DNA of 64,000 bases, from positions 32,001 to 96,000 of the forward strand of contig JAPSGB010000001.1 in assembly GCA_035063585.1 (NCBI GenBank), given 5' to 3'. The stretch's first letter is position 1; every line of letters starts with the position of its first letter. This DNA is from Polyangiaceae bacterium. GTDB taxonomy: Bacteria > Myxococcota_A > Polyangia > Polyangiales > Polyangiaceae. The position numbers and the translations under genes were made by a program. The notes under the pieces were generated by a model. That model was not told the origin of the DNA. It saw nothing but the letters and a program-made list of their open reading frames with translations, and did not search any database. Positions 27,076 to 36,632 of this stretch are shown here, in pieces.

Positions 27076-27375
27076 TCAGAAATCCGGGGTGGGGTTGCCC
27101 TGGCAGCCGGTTCCGACGTCGACGCCGCAGGGGCCGTACGGAGTGACGCAGCAGGGCTCGCCCGCGCCGTGGCTCGGGCAGAACGCCTCGAGGCAGCTCG
27201 CGCCGGTCGCGCCGGCCGAGCCGCCGGTGCCGGTCGAGCCGCTGTCGACGCCGCCGGCGCCCGCGAGTTCGAAACCGAAGGTCGACTCGTCGTCCGCGGC
27301 GCACGCGGACGCGACGAGCGCGCCAGCGCCAACCACGACGAGGAGCGCGAGCCCTCGCGGCCAACGGGTCTTCAA
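27076..27375 (-). CDS. Small Cys-rich lipoprotein (paralog of 28640-29044)
   Basis: TTG start with GAGGAGG RBS; lipobox VASAC; Gly/Ser linker; 6-Cys domain ending PDF. Confidence 0.75.
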   Translation of the reverse strand: MKTRWPRGLALLVVVGAGALVASACAADDESTFGFELAGAGGVDSGSTGTGGSAGATGASCLEAFCPSHGAGEPCCVTPYGPCGVDVGTGCQGNPTPDF

Positions 27376-27542
27376 GGCAGCCTCCTCGCCACAGTGTACG
27401 GCACCTCTCTAACGCGCTCGGCTGGCTCTCGTCGAAGGAAAAGGCGCGCTCTCGGCGATTCTTGGTTCGAGCGGCGCGTCGCGCGGGCCGGCGCGGCTGG
27501 CGCGTGCTCCCTGCACGGGAGCACGCGCGCGGCGCTCACGGC

Positions 27543-28556
27543 TCAGTTACAGAACCACTGGCTGTTGGTGCAGAGGCAGGAGCGACCCTGCCCGTAGGGG
27601 CAGCTCGTGCCGTTCGGCAAGGAGCAGGAGGTGCCAGCCGCCGGTCGCTGCTGCGGACAGGTCGCCGCGCTCCCGCCCGAGCAGTTCCAGCGGCTACCGA
27701 AGCCGCCGCCCATGGACCCTTCGCAGGTGCAGTCGTCCGCACCATACGAGCAGGTCTGCCCCGTGAGCGAGCACTGGCCGTTCTGGTTGGGCTTGGTGTC
27801 CGGGCAGGTGCCGCAGCGCCACGAAGGCGAGCCGAACCCGCCCTGACCGCACGCGCACTCGGTCTTGCCGCCGTTGTAAGAGCAGCTCATGCCAGGGACG
27901 GAGCATTGGGTGTTTCCACCGCCCGGCGCGGTCGCCGGGCAGCTCCCGCACTGCCAGCCGAGAGTCTGGAAGCCGGTGCAGACGCACTCGTCATTGCCGA
28001 AGCTGCAGCGCTGATCCCGCGTGGTGCACGCCGCGTCATCGACCGGGTGCGAGGACGGACAGGCGGCGCAGTGCCAGGTGGGCTGAAAGCCACCACCGCC
28101 GGCGTCGATGGTGCAGCTGCAGCTGTCCGTGCCGTAGGTGCAGGCGGCACCGAACGCCGAGCACTGGTCGCCGTCGGTCGGCGCCGTGCCGGGACACTGC
28201 GGCGGGTTCGTGTTGCCGCCGCCGCCGGTGCCGGAGGCGCCGCCCGTGTTGGGCGCGCCGGCATTGCCGCCGGCGCCGCCCGAAGGCGCGCCGGCAGAGC
28301 CGCCGGCGGAGCCACCTGCGCCGCCCGTGTTGGGCGCGCCGGCGGAGCCACCTGCGCCGCCCGTGTTGGGCGCGCCGGCGTTGCCGCCGGTGCTCGTGCC
28401 GCCGCCGGTGCTCGTGCCGCCGCCGGTGCTCGACCCGGCCGCGCCCGCGCCGCCGTCCGCCTTGGGCTCACCATCTTCGCTGCTACCGCCGCAGGCGACC
28501 GCCAAGATGAGCGCGGTCGCTCCGAGCGCGGCGCCTCTCAGAAAACTACTCTTCAT
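27543..28556 (-). CDS. Lipoprotein with Gly-rich linker and five 6-Cys repeats
   Basis: GGAGGA RBS; lipobox LAVAC; repeats CPx3Px5Cx6Cx(Y/F)x4-6CxC...WxC. Confidence 0.85.
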   Translation of the reverse strand: MKSSFLRGAALGATALILAVACGGSSEDGEPKADGGAGAAGSSTGGGTSTGGGTSTGGNAGAPNTGGAGGSAGAPNTGGAGGSAGGSAGAPSGGAGGNAGAPNTGGASGTGGGGNTNPPQCPGTAPTDGDQCSAFGAACTYGTDSCSCTIDAGGGGFQPTWHCAACPSSHPVDDAACTTRDQRCSFGNDECVCTGFQTLGWQCGSCPATAPGGGNTQCSVPGMSCSYNGGKTECACGQGGFGSPSWRCGTCPDTKPNQNGQCSLTGQTCSYGADDCTCEGSMGGGFGSRWNCSGGSAATCPQQRPAAGTSCSLPNGTSCPYGQGRSCLCTNSQWFCN

Positions 28557-28639
28557 GGCTCGTTCCTCCAAAATCGCTCACTCGTCGAATATCTGCGGGT
28601 TGCCGCGCGCGGAGCGCGTTCGCGCCGCGCGTGCCACGA

Positions 28640-29044
28640 CTAGAAGTCCGGCTGGACGTTGACGCTCTGGCAGCCCATGCCCACATCCATGCCGCACGGC
28701 CCGTCGGGCGTCATGCAGCATGGGCTCCCCGAGCCCGATGCCGGACAGAACGACGGATCGCAGGTGCCGGCGCTGCCTCCACCGGTGCCGCTCGAGCCAC
28801 CGGTACCGCTCGAGCCGCCGGTGCCACTCGAGCCGCCGGTACCGCTCGAGCCGCCGGTGCCGCTCCAGCCGCCGGTGCCGCTCGAGCCGCCGGTGATCGA
28901 CTGATCGGAGCCGGCGTCGAGCCCTGCGGCGCCACCGCTCGCGCTGAGCGGGTCCTCGGTGCTCCCGCCGCAAGACGGGCCGAGGATCACCAGCCCGAAC
29001 GCGACGGCGCACAGCGACACCCCGCGGACCACGCTCGCTTTCAT
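28640..29044 (-). CDS. Small Cys-rich lipoprotein with (GGSSGT)n linker
   Basis: GGAGG RBS; LGPSC lipobox-like; C-terminal FCP...PCC.TP.GPCG.DVG.GCQ...PDF shared with 27076-27375. Confidence 0.8.
   Translation of the reverse strand: MKASVVRGVSLCAVAFGLVILGPSCGGSTEDPLSASGGAAGLDAGSDQSITGGSSGTGGWSGTGGSSGTGGSSGTGGSSGTGGSSGTGGGSAGTCDPSFCPASGSGSPCCMTPDGPCGMDVGMGCQSVNVQPDF
28782..28895. repeat. 18-bp tandem repeat, about 6 copies
   Basis: ccggtgccgctcgagccg units encoding GGSSGT. Confidence 0.9.
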
Positions 29045-29273
29045 CTTGACCTCCGCTCGAAACAAGCAACCCCGCGACGACCGCCGCGATCACCGAGAGG
29101 CTATTCCTCTTCCGGTCGGTCCGCCAGTTTGATCGGTGCGCCGCCGCGCGATCCGTGGCGAGTCGCTCCGCTCGACCGAGCCAGCGCTACAGCATCGCTG
29201 TATCGCTCCAGCATGGACGTCATCAGCGCGCCCCACGCAGGCGTGTGTGCGCCGCACCGACATCGCCGCTGCG

Positions 29274-30125
29274 TTACGTGGGGCGGGCGCGCGAGCGAGC
29301 CTTGTCGCGCGCGCTGCCGGCGGGGCGCGTCACTTTGCCCTTCGCGCGAGTAGCTCGCGGACGCGCGTTGCGTTCATGGAGGAGCGCGAGGCCGTCGAGC
29401 GTGAGGTCCTCGTCGACCGCCTCGACGGTCGAGGCGTGGCGAGCGATGAGCGGCGCGAGTCCGCCGGTAGCGATCACTCGGCACGGGAAACCAAGCTCGG
29501 CGACGAGCTTCTTCACCAGGCCGTCGACCAGCGCGGCGTACCCGTGCACCACACCGGACTGCAGCGAGTGTGTGGTGGTGCGCCCGACCACGCTCGGCGG
29601 CTCGGCGATCTCGATGCGCGAGAGCTTGGCCGCGCGACCAAGCAGCGCGTCGAGGCTCACCTGGATTCCGGGCACGATGACGCCGCCCAGATACTCGCCT
29701 CGCGGCGAGATGCAGTCGAAGGTGGTGGCAGTGCCGAAATCCACGACGATCACGCCCGCGCGATAACGCTCGAAGGCGGCGACCGCATTGACGATGCGAT
29801 CAGCGCCGACGTCGCGGGGACTCTCGTAGAGGACGGGCATCCCCGTCACGAGGTCCATGTCGACCAGCATCGGCTCGCACGAGAACGCGTGGCGGATGGC
29901 GTCCGCCATCACGTCGGTGAGCGGCGGCACTACGCTGGCGATGATGGCGGCCGCGATGCGGTATCGTTCCAGGCCGCGCAGCTCGAACATCTGGTGGAGG
30001 AGGACGCCGTACTCGTCGGCGGTGTGCGTCCGCACCGTGGAGGCGCGGAAGGTGTGCCTCAGCTTGCGCCGCTCGTAGAGCCCGAAGGTGACGTTGGTGT
30101 TGCCGATGTCGACCGCGAGGAGCAC
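29274..30125 (-). CDS. coaX: Type III pantothenate kinase
   Basis: LLAVDIGNTN, ASVVP, VGADRIVN, VVDFGTATTFD, GGVIVPG and IATGG. Confidence 0.95.
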   Translation of the reverse strand: MLLAVDIGNTNVTFGLYERRKLRHTFRASTVRTHTADEYGVLLHQMFELRGLERYRIAAAIIASVVPPLTDVMADAIRHAFSCEPMLVDMDLVTGMPVLYESPRDVGADRIVNAVAAFERYRAGVIVVDFGTATTFDCISPRGEYLGGVIVPGIQVSLDALLGRAAKLSRIEIAEPPSVVGRTTTHSLQSGVVHGYAALVDGLVKKLVAELGFPCRVIATGGLAPLIARHASTVEAVDEDLTLDGLALLHERNARPRATRAKGKVTRPAGSARDKARSRARPT

Positions 30126-30138
30126 GGCGCGGAACCTA

Positions 30139-32397
30139 TCACCGCACCGTCACCTTGGCGATCACGTCGCCCGAGGCGAGCGCGTCCCAGTCGCCGCTCG
30201 CGTGGCCGATGAGCGGGTAGTCACCGTCGAGCTGCGGGTACGGCCCGAGCGTCACGAAGAGCTGGCTCGAGCCGGTGTCGGTGCCGGGCGCGCTCAGCGC
30301 GACGCCGACCGCGCGCTCGGTGAACGCGAGCGGAGAGAGCTCACTCGGGAGCGGCGCCTCGCCCGCGCCGCCGTAGCCGTCACCGCCGGGATCGCCGAAC
30401 TGCGCCACGAAGCCCGGCACCACGCGGTGCGCGACGACGCCATCGAAGAATCCAGCGCGCGCGAGCTCTCGGAGCCGCGTCGCGGCGAGCGGCGCGAGCC
30501 GTCCGTCGAGCGAGAGCACGAGGCTTCCGGCGTCGGTCTCGAGCACGAGCTCGACCGCGCCGGGCGGCGGCGCGCTCGGCACGGGCGGCGCGCTCGGCGC
30601 CGGCCGCGGCCTCGGGCAGGCGCGTTCGCGCTCGCCGAGCAGCCGGAGCGCCTTCTCGGCGTGCAGCCGGAGGTAGTCATTCGGGCTGGTGCAGAGCGCG
30701 AGGATGCGCGGTTTGAAGCTCAGCAGCCCAAGCGAGGCGGCGGCGTCCGCGAGCGCCGCACGCACCTCGACCGCGTCCGGCGGACGCTCCGCGTCGAACG
30801 CGCGCGTGAGCGCCTGGACCACCTCGGGCGCGACCTCGAGAGCGCGCGGAGCTTCGGCGCCAGCGTCGGAGGGCTCTCGGGGCGGGGCGGCGCGGCCGGC
30901 GTCGGGCGCGGCCGCGCGGGACGGATAGGCCGCGATGAGCTGCGCCGCGGTCGCCACGACGCCGCCCGCGCTCGCGCCGAGCGCCTCGGCGAGCACCGCG
31001 GCGGGCGCCTCGATCTCCGGGTGCGACGGCATGAGCCCGAGCGCCGCCTCGCGCACCACGCTGTCCGCGCTCGCCGCGTAGCCGAGCCAGCGGCGGTGGC
31101 GCGCGCGCGTGATGGGCGCGCGGCCGAGCACGCGCACGGTCGCCAGCGCGCCCGCGCGCCCGTTCGGCTCGGGATCGCAGGCGACGAGCTCCCTCGAGAG
31201 GGTGGCGCTGCCCGCGAGCAGCGCGGCCGCGCCGCAGCGGAGCGCGACGAGCCGGCGGCGGAGCGGCGCGCTCGCGCCCTCCGGCAGCGGGCGGCTCGCG
31301 AGCGCGGCGAGCGCCGCCCGCGCCGCGCCGGGCGCGGGCGACTCGAACCCGTCGAGCACGGCGCGGAGTGGCGCCCAGGCGCCGGTCGTGAGCGCCGCGT
31401 CGTCACCGGGCGGCGGCGCGAGCGCTACGAGCGCGCGCGCGAGCGCGTCTTGACCGGGCGCGCCGAGCTTCGGGAGCTCGCGCGCCGCGCTCGCCCGGAG
31501 CGACGCCGCGCGCGCGCGGTCGGCGACGAGCGCGCCGAGGCGCTCGGCCGCCGCGCGCGCGAGAGAGAGCGTCTCCGGGTCGCGCTCGCCCGTCGCGAGC
31601 CGCGCCGCCGCGGACGCGCCGGCAGCGCCGAGCGCGCGCGCCGCGAAGTCGACCGCGATGCCCGAGCGCTCGAGCGAGCGCGCGGCGGTCTCCGCGAGGC
31701 GCCGCTCGATGGGCGGCGTGAACTTGGGCAGACGCGAGAAGGGGAAGAGCGCGTGCGCGGGGCCATCCTCCCGCGCCGCAGCGTCGAGCAGCGCGACCAA
31801 GGACGGATCGTCGAGGTGGCCGGCGCGCGCCGCGAGCAGCCCGAGCCCGAGCGCGCCCGACTCGGCGAGCGTGCCCGGCTCGGCGAGCCACGCGGCGAGC
31901 GTGCGCTCGGCCTCACCGCCGCCGCAGCGCGCGAGCGCGCCGGCGATGGCGAGCACGGGGTCGAGCGCGCCCGGCAGCTGGGTGAGCTGGCCGGTATCCG
32001 CGAGCGACACGGCGCGCATGACGAGCGCGCGCGGCGCGCTCGGTTCACGCGAGCAGAGACGCCCGAGCCCGAACGCGGCCCACGCGACCACGTCGGGGTC
32101 CTCGTCGCCGAGCGCCCCGCGCAGGAGCGCCGCGGAACGCGGGTCAGCCGTGCGCGCGAGCGCGCGCGCGGCGAGCCGCCGCACCCGAACCGCGCGCGCC
32201 GCGAGATCGGCGGCGGTCACGCTCGCCGCGTCGCGGCGCGCCTCGGCGGCGGCGAGCGCCGTCTCACGGCTGTCCGGCGAAGACGGCGCGGACGCGCTCG
32301 GCGCGGCGCTCGAGGAGGGCGCGGGCGACGGCGCGCCGTTCGAGCGGCACCCGCCGAGGCCCGCGACGAGCGCGAGCGTGAGCGCGCCGCGCCTCAT
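30139..32397 (-). CDS. HEAT-repeat lipoprotein with C-terminal cyclophilin-type PPIase
   Basis: Lipobox LGGC; HEAT-like Ala-rich helices; GFFDGVVAHRVVPGFVAQFGDP, DTGSSQLFVT and LDGDY. Confidence 0.85.
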   Translation of the reverse strand: MRRGALTLALVAGLGGCRSNGAPSPAPSSSAAPSASAPSSPDSRETALAAAEARRDAASVTAADLAARAVRVRRLAARALARTADPRSAALLRGALGDEDPDVVAWAAFGLGRLCSREPSAPRALVMRAVSLADTGQLTQLPGALDPVLAIAGALARCGGGEAERTLAAWLAEPGTLAESGALGLGLLAARAGHLDDPSLVALLDAAAREDGPAHALFPFSRLPKFTPPIERRLAETAARSLERSGIAVDFAARALGAAGASAAARLATGERDPETLSLARAAAERLGALVADRARAASLRASAARELPKLGAPGQDALARALVALAPPPGDDAALTTGAWAPLRAVLDGFESPAPGAARAALAALASRPLPEGASAPLRRRLVALRCGAAALLAGSATLSRELVACDPEPNGRAGALATVRVLGRAPITRARHRRWLGYAASADSVVREAALGLMPSHPEIEAPAAVLAEALGASAGGVVATAAQLIAAYPSRAAAPDAGRAAPPREPSDAGAEAPRALEVAPEVVQALTRAFDAERPPDAVEVRAALADAAASLGLLSFKPRILALCTSPNDYLRLHAEKALRLLGERERACPRPRPAPSAPPVPSAPPPGAVELVLETDAGSLVLSLDGRLAPLAATRLRELARAGFFDGVVAHRVVPGFVAQFGDPGGDGYGGAGEAPLPSELSPLAFTERAVGVALSAPGTDTGSSQLFVTLGPYPQLDGDYPLIGHASGDWDALASGDVIAKVTVR

Positions 32398-32864
32398 CGC
32401 CGCGCTCCGAGCCAAGCGCTCACGCGCTCGCGCGCGCCGCGCGAGAGCGCGCGCGCGAGCGGGGCGGGCGGAGAGAGCGCCGGGAGCCCGAGCGCGTCGA
32501 CGCCGACCGCGCGGAAGCTCGCGAGCGCGCGCGGCAAATGAAAGTCGCAGGTCACCAGCGCGACGCGCTCGGCGCGGCGCTCGAGGAGCAGCCGCGCCGA
32601 GTAGCGCGCGTTCTCCGAGGTGGTCACCGAGCAGCGCTCGGCCACGATGAGCTCGGGCGGGACGTCGAGGCGCTCGAGCTCGCGCGCGAGCGCGTCCGCC
32701 TCGGGCACGCCCCACCAGCGCCGGCCGCCGCTCACCAGCACCCAGGGCGCGACACCCTCGCGATACGCGCGCGCGGCGCGGGCCGCGCGCCGCCGAGCGG
32801 CCGGACCCGGCTCGCCGCCGGGCTCGATCCGACACCCGAGCAGCACGATCGCGTCGGCGGTCAC
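32394..32864 (-). CDS. YdcF/DUF218 family protein
   Basis: DAIVLLG, LVSGG, EA, TTSENA and VTCDFHLPRA. Confidence 0.88.
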   Translation of the reverse strand: MTADAIVLLGCRIEPGGEPGPAARRRAARAARAYREGVAPWVLVSGGRRWWGVPEADALARELERLDVPPELIVAERCSVTTSENARYSARLLLERRAERVALVTCDFHLPRALASFRAVGVDALGLPALSPPAPLARALSRGARERVSAWLGARR

Positions 32865-32980
32865 CGCCGCCCTATACCGCGGCCGCGGGGCCGCTTCATC
32901 CCGAGGGAGGGCGGGGGCGCGGGGGCGCGCGCGAGAACTCGGCCCGCTTGCCGCGAGCGGCGCTATCCTTTGCGGCCCCG

Positions 32981-34924
32981 ATGCCTGAGGTCCGCGCTCC
33001 CGCCCGCCGCACGAAGCTCGCGCTCGTGACGGCCGCGCTCGCGCTCGCCGGCGGCGCGAGCTACTCGCTCGTGCGCTCGGAGGCGGCGCCGGTCGCGGCG
33101 CCGGCACCCGCGCGGCCCCAGGCGCGCCCGGCCGGTTCCGCGCCGGACCAACCTCGAGGAGCCCCCGAAGCCAAGGACGACGACGACGACGCGGAGCGCC
33201 CGCTCAAGATGCCGGACGGTCATCCGGCGCGGGTCGGCTGCCGGGACGCGCGGCGCGTCATCACGCAGGTTCACGCGCGCATCGCGCAGCCGCTCGGGAG
33301 CCCGCGCGCAGCCGCGGTGAGCGACGCGCTCGTCGGCTGGCTCGATCCGCACGGCCTCTGGTCGGCGGCGCCCGACGCACCGACCGCGCGGGCGGCGCGC
33401 CGGCTCGCGCCCGCGCTGATCGAGGAGGTCGAGCGCTCGCCGCGCGACGCCTCCGACTGCGCGGCCGCGCGCGAGGTCGGCCGCTTGGCGCAGGCGTGGG
33501 TGTCCGAGCTGCGGGTGATCTTCGATCACGCCGCGACGCGCGCGCCGAGGCTCTCGCGCGCCCAGGCGCTCGCGCTCGCGAGCGAGTCGGTGTTCGAGGA
33601 CGATCCGGTGACGCGGCCCGGGCGCGAGCTCGCGCGGCTGCTCGGAGAGCGCGCGGGCGCCTTCGAGAAGGCGTTCGGCGAGCCGGGGACGGCCGCATTT
33701 CACGCGGCGAGCGAGCGGCTCTTGCCGACCATGAGCCTCGACGACTGGACCGCGGTGGTGCTCGCCGCGGCGGTGCGCGCCTACGTGCCCGCGCTCGACG
33801 CGCACAGCCAGTGGGCGCCGCTCGATGAGGAGTGGTCGCTCTACGCGGCGGACGCCGCCACCGATCCGGGCCCGCGGCTCTGGGGCGAGATCATGCGGAC
33901 GCCTGTCGGCGTGCGGATCGTGAGCGAGCCCGCGCCGCCGCTCCGCGCGGGCGACGTGGTGCTCGGCGTGGGCGGCATCGCGACCGCCGGGCTCAGCGTG
34001 GAGCAGGTCGAGCAGCTCGCGCAGCTCGAGGCGGTCGGCGCCGAGACCGCTCGCCCGGTCACCGTGGTGCGCGCCGGGGACGCGCGCGTCGAGCGGCTCT
34101 CGGTTACACTACCGCCCGAGAGCGACGAGCCGCCACCCCTCGCGCTCGCCTCGAGCCGAGTGCCCTACGCGGGCGGGAGCGTGCTGGTCGTGAGCTTGCC
34201 GGACGTCCCCGACGGGCTCGGCGAGGAGCTGTCCGAGCTGGTCGCAGCGAGCCGCGACGCGCCTCCGCTCGCCATCTTGCTCGATCTGCGCGGTAACGGC
34301 GGCGGCTCCACCGACGGCGCGGCCGGCGCCATCGGCGTGTTCCTGCCGGGCGCGCCGAGCTTCCCGTATCGCCATCGCGGCGGCGCGATCGAGATCCAGC
34401 GCGCGCTCTCGCCCGCGCCGTCCGGCATCTGGCGCGGCCCGGTCGCCGCGCTGGTCGACGGCTACACGGCGAGCGCCGCCGAGATGATCGCGGGCGCGCT
34501 CGAGGCTTATGACCGCGGCACCGTGGTCGGCGCGCGCACCTTCGGCAAGGGCTGCATCCAGGAGTACTTCGATGATCGTCCTGGGGTGGGCGTGCTCCGG
34601 CTCACCACCATGCTCTACGCGCTCCCCGACGGCTCACCCGTGCAGCATGTCGGCGTGACGCCCGAGCTCCCGCTGCCCATGCCGAGCACCCGCGATCGCG
34701 AAGCGACGCTGCCCGGCACGCTCGCCTCCTGGCGCGGCCCCGACATCCGCGACCGCGCCGGGATCGGCGGCCCCGCCTGGCCCGCGCACCACGGCAAGGT
34801 CGGGCCCTGCGAGGAGCCGATGCTCTGCGCCGCGCTCCGCCGCCTCGGCGCACAGGCGGTCGCCTCGCTCGGCCACCCGCGCCCAGCCGCACGCGCGCCG
34901 AGGAGCGGCTCGGCCGCTCCGTGA
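32981..34924 (+). CDS. S41 family carboxy-terminal processing protease
   Basis: LDAHS, PDZ-like GDVVLGVGG, LDLRGNGGG, TASAAE (catalytic Ser), TFGKG (Lys) and GVTPE. Confidence 0.85.
   Translation: MPEVRAPARRTKLALVTAALALAGGASYSLVRSEAAPVAAPAPARPQARPAGSAPDQPRGAPEAKDDDDDAERPLKMPDGHPARVGCRDARRVITQVHARIAQPLGSPRAAAVSDALVGWLDPHGLWSAAPDAPTARAARRLAPALIEEVERSPRDASDCAAAREVGRLAQAWVSELRVIFDHAATRAPRLSRAQALALASESVFEDDPVTRPGRELARLLGERAGAFEKAFGEPGTAAFHAASERLLPTMSLDDWTAVVLAAAVRAYVPALDAHSQWAPLDEEWSLYAADAATDPGPRLWGEIMRTPVGVRIVSEPAPPLRAGDVVLGVGGIATAGLSVEQVEQLAQLEAVGAETARPVTVVRAGDARVERLSVTLPPESDEPPPLALASSRVPYAGGSVLVVSLPDVPDGLGEELSELVAASRDAPPLAILLDLRGNGGGSTDGAAGAIGVFLPGAPSFPYRHRGGAIEIQRALSPAPSGIWRGPVAALVDGYTASAAEMIAGALEAYDRGTVVGARTFGKGCIQEYFDDRPGVGVLRLTTMLYALPDGSPVQHVGVTPELPLPMPSTRDREATLPGTLASWRGPDIRDRAGIGGPAWPAHHGKVGPCEEPMLCAALRRLGAQAVASLGHPRPAARAPRSGSAAP
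33134..33153 (-). repeat. Dispersed motif copy 4, inside the S41 N-terminal linker (antisense)
   Basis: Exact core ttccgcgccggacc at 33136-33149; sense codons G-S-A-P-D-Q. Confidence 0.8.
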
Positions 34925-34959
34925 CCGCGCGCCCCGCCGCGGTCCCGCCCGCCGCTCGG

Positions 34960-34976
34960 GTGTCGGTCCGGCGCGG
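34960..34976 (+). repeat. Dispersed motif copy 5 (GTGTCGGTCCGGCGCGG), intergenic
   Basis: 12-bp core plus 5' GTC match; lacks the terminal AA. Confidence 0.75.
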
Positions 34977-35011
34977 CCGGCGGCGCGCCCCGCCGGAGCG
35001 CGCGCGCAGCC

Positions 35012-35045
35012 TTGTCATTTTGGCAAGTGGTTTGTCATATTTGCA
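35012..35045. promoter_or_regulatory. Tandem AT-rich operator-like sites upstream of pcnB
   Basis: TTGTCATTTTGGCA (35012-25) and TTGTCATATTTGCA (35032-45), 20-bp period, each pseudo-palindromic. Confidence 0.55.
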
Positions 35046-35145
35046 CGAGCCCCTGGCGCGCCGCCAGTTCCGGCCGGGTCGCGAAGGCGCGACTGGTTTC
35101 CGCGCGGCTTGCCTGCTAAACGCCTGCGAGCGGTCGAGCCGCGCC

Positions 35146-35167
35146 CGTTTCCGCGCCGGACCGACCC
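35146..35167 (-). repeat. Dispersed motif copy 6, intergenic just upstream of pcnB
   Basis: cgtttccgcgccggaccgaccc, 22-bp identity with 44934-44955. Confidence 0.88.
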
Positions 35168-35191
35168 CCATCCTCCCGAAGTCTCTCGACC

Positions 35192-36580
35192 TTGACTGAA
35201 GATCCGGCCGACCCCGCCCCGCGCGCGGGCGCCTCCAGCCCTCGTCCGCGGCGCACGCGCGGCACCGATGCCCGGCGGCGCGCGAGCGCGCGCGAGCCCC
35301 TCTACTCGGAGGACGACCTCCCGCGCGTGGTCATCGAGAAGGTCCACGAGGTCGAGCCGCTCGTGTATCCGGTCGAGCTCGACGACGCGCGCGTCGACGA
35401 CGACGCCGCGAAGGTGGTGAAGCGGCTCGTCCGGCACGGCTACGAGGCCTACCTGGTGGGCGGCTGCGTGCGCGATCTCCTGGTCGGTCGCTCCCCGAAG
35501 GACTTCGACGTGGCGACCAGCGCGCGCCCCGACGACGTGCGGCGGCTGTTTCGGAACTCGCGGATCATCGGGCGGCGCTTCCGCCTGGTGCACGTGCTCT
35601 TCGGCGGCGGAAAGGTGATCGAGACGGCGACCTTCCGCCGCGCGCCCGAACAGGGCGACGCGAAGAACGGCGAGGAGCTGCTCATCCGCAACGACAACGT
35701 GTTCGGCGAGGCGCACGAGGACGCGCTCCGCCGCGATCTGCGGATCAACGGGCTCTTCTATGATCTCGAGGCGCGCCGCGTGCTCGACTGGGTCGACGGG
35801 ATGCCGGACATCCAGCAGCGCACCGTGCGCACCATCGGCGACCCGACCGTCCGCTTCCTCGAAGATCCGGTGCGGATCCTCCGCGCGATCAAGTTCAGCG
35901 CGCGGCTCGACTTCGGGATCTCCCCGGAGGTCTACGACGCCATCGTGCAGTGTCGCGGGTCACTCGCCATGGCGGCGCGCCCGCGGCTCTTCGAGGAGCT
36001 GCTCCGGCTCCTGCGCGGCGGCGCGGCGCACCGTTCGATCTGGCTGGCGTGGGAGACCGGCGTGCTCGACGTGCTCCTGCCCGAGCTCTCGGCGTTCCTC
36101 TCCGACGCGCAGGACGACGACGGCGCCGCGTGGCGCATCCTCAGCGCGATCGATCGCCTCACCCTCGAGCGCGGCGCGCCCTTCGACGACGTCGTGCTCT
36201 GCACCGCGCTCTTGCTCGAGCCGATGCGCGAGGCCTGCGCCGGCGAGCGCGACCGCATGGAAGCCGCCTTCGAGTTCCTGGAGCCGGTGGGTGATCGGCT
36301 GAACATCCCGCGGCGCATCGCCGACTCCATGCGGCGCATCGTCGCGCTCTTGCCGCGGCTCGAGGGCGGCCGCACCGGCCGCTTCACCAAGACGCCGATT
36401 TATCCGCTCGCGATGGACGTCCTCGAGCTCAGCCAGCTCGCCCGCGAGCTCGGAGCCCGCGCCGACGGCGCGGGCGAAGAGCGCGCCGGCCGCGACGCAG
36501 ACGACGAGCGCGCGACCGCGCGCGCGCCGAGCAAGCGGCGCCGCCGCCGGCCGCGCCGAACCGACCCCCCCGAGAGCTGA
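35192..36580 (+). CDS. pcnB: Poly(A) polymerase I
   Basis: AYLVGGCVRDLL..PKDFD, PAP-specific IIGRRFRLVHV, RRDLRING and EDPVRILRA; basic C-tail; TTG start uncertain. Confidence 0.92.
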   Translation: MTEDPADPAPRAGASSPRPRRTRGTDARRRASAREPLYSEDDLPRVVIEKVHEVEPLVYPVELDDARVDDDAAKVVKRLVRHGYEAYLVGGCVRDLLVGRSPKDFDVATSARPDDVRRLFRNSRIIGRRFRLVHVLFGGGKVIETATFRRAPEQGDAKNGEELLIRNDNVFGEAHEDALRRDLRINGLFYDLEARRVLDWVDGMPDIQQRTVRTIGDPTVRFLEDPVRILRAIKFSARLDFGISPEVYDAIVQCRGSLAMAARPRLFEELLRLLRGGAAHRSIWLAWETGVLDVLLPELSAFLSDAQDDDGAAWRILSAIDRLTLERGAPFDDVVLCTALLLEPMREACAGERDRMEAAFEFLEPVGDRLNIPRRIADSMRRIVALLPRLEGGRTGRFTKTPIYPLAMDVLELSQLARELGARADGAGEERAGRDADDERATARAPSKRRRRRPRRTDPPES

Positions 36581-36592
36581 GCGCGCGGCGGC

Positions 36593-36617
36593 CCGCGCCG
36601 GGTTCGAGCCGGCGCGG
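36593..36617. terminator. GC hairpin between convergent pcnB and FHA genes
   Basis: ccgcgccgg-gttcgag-ccggcgcgg inverted repeat; no U-tract. Confidence 0.35.
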
Positions 36618-36632
36618 CTGGCTCGCGGCGGC

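Noticed and set aside
28622..28636. Minus-strand sigma-54-like TGGCACG-N-GC before the Cys-repeat lipoprotein
   Set aside because: Spacing is correct but the -12 element lacks TT, and GC is frequent by chance here; too weak to call
35012..35045. Pho box (TGTCAT repeats)
   Set aside because: Period is 20 bp, not the 11/22 bp of PhoB boxes
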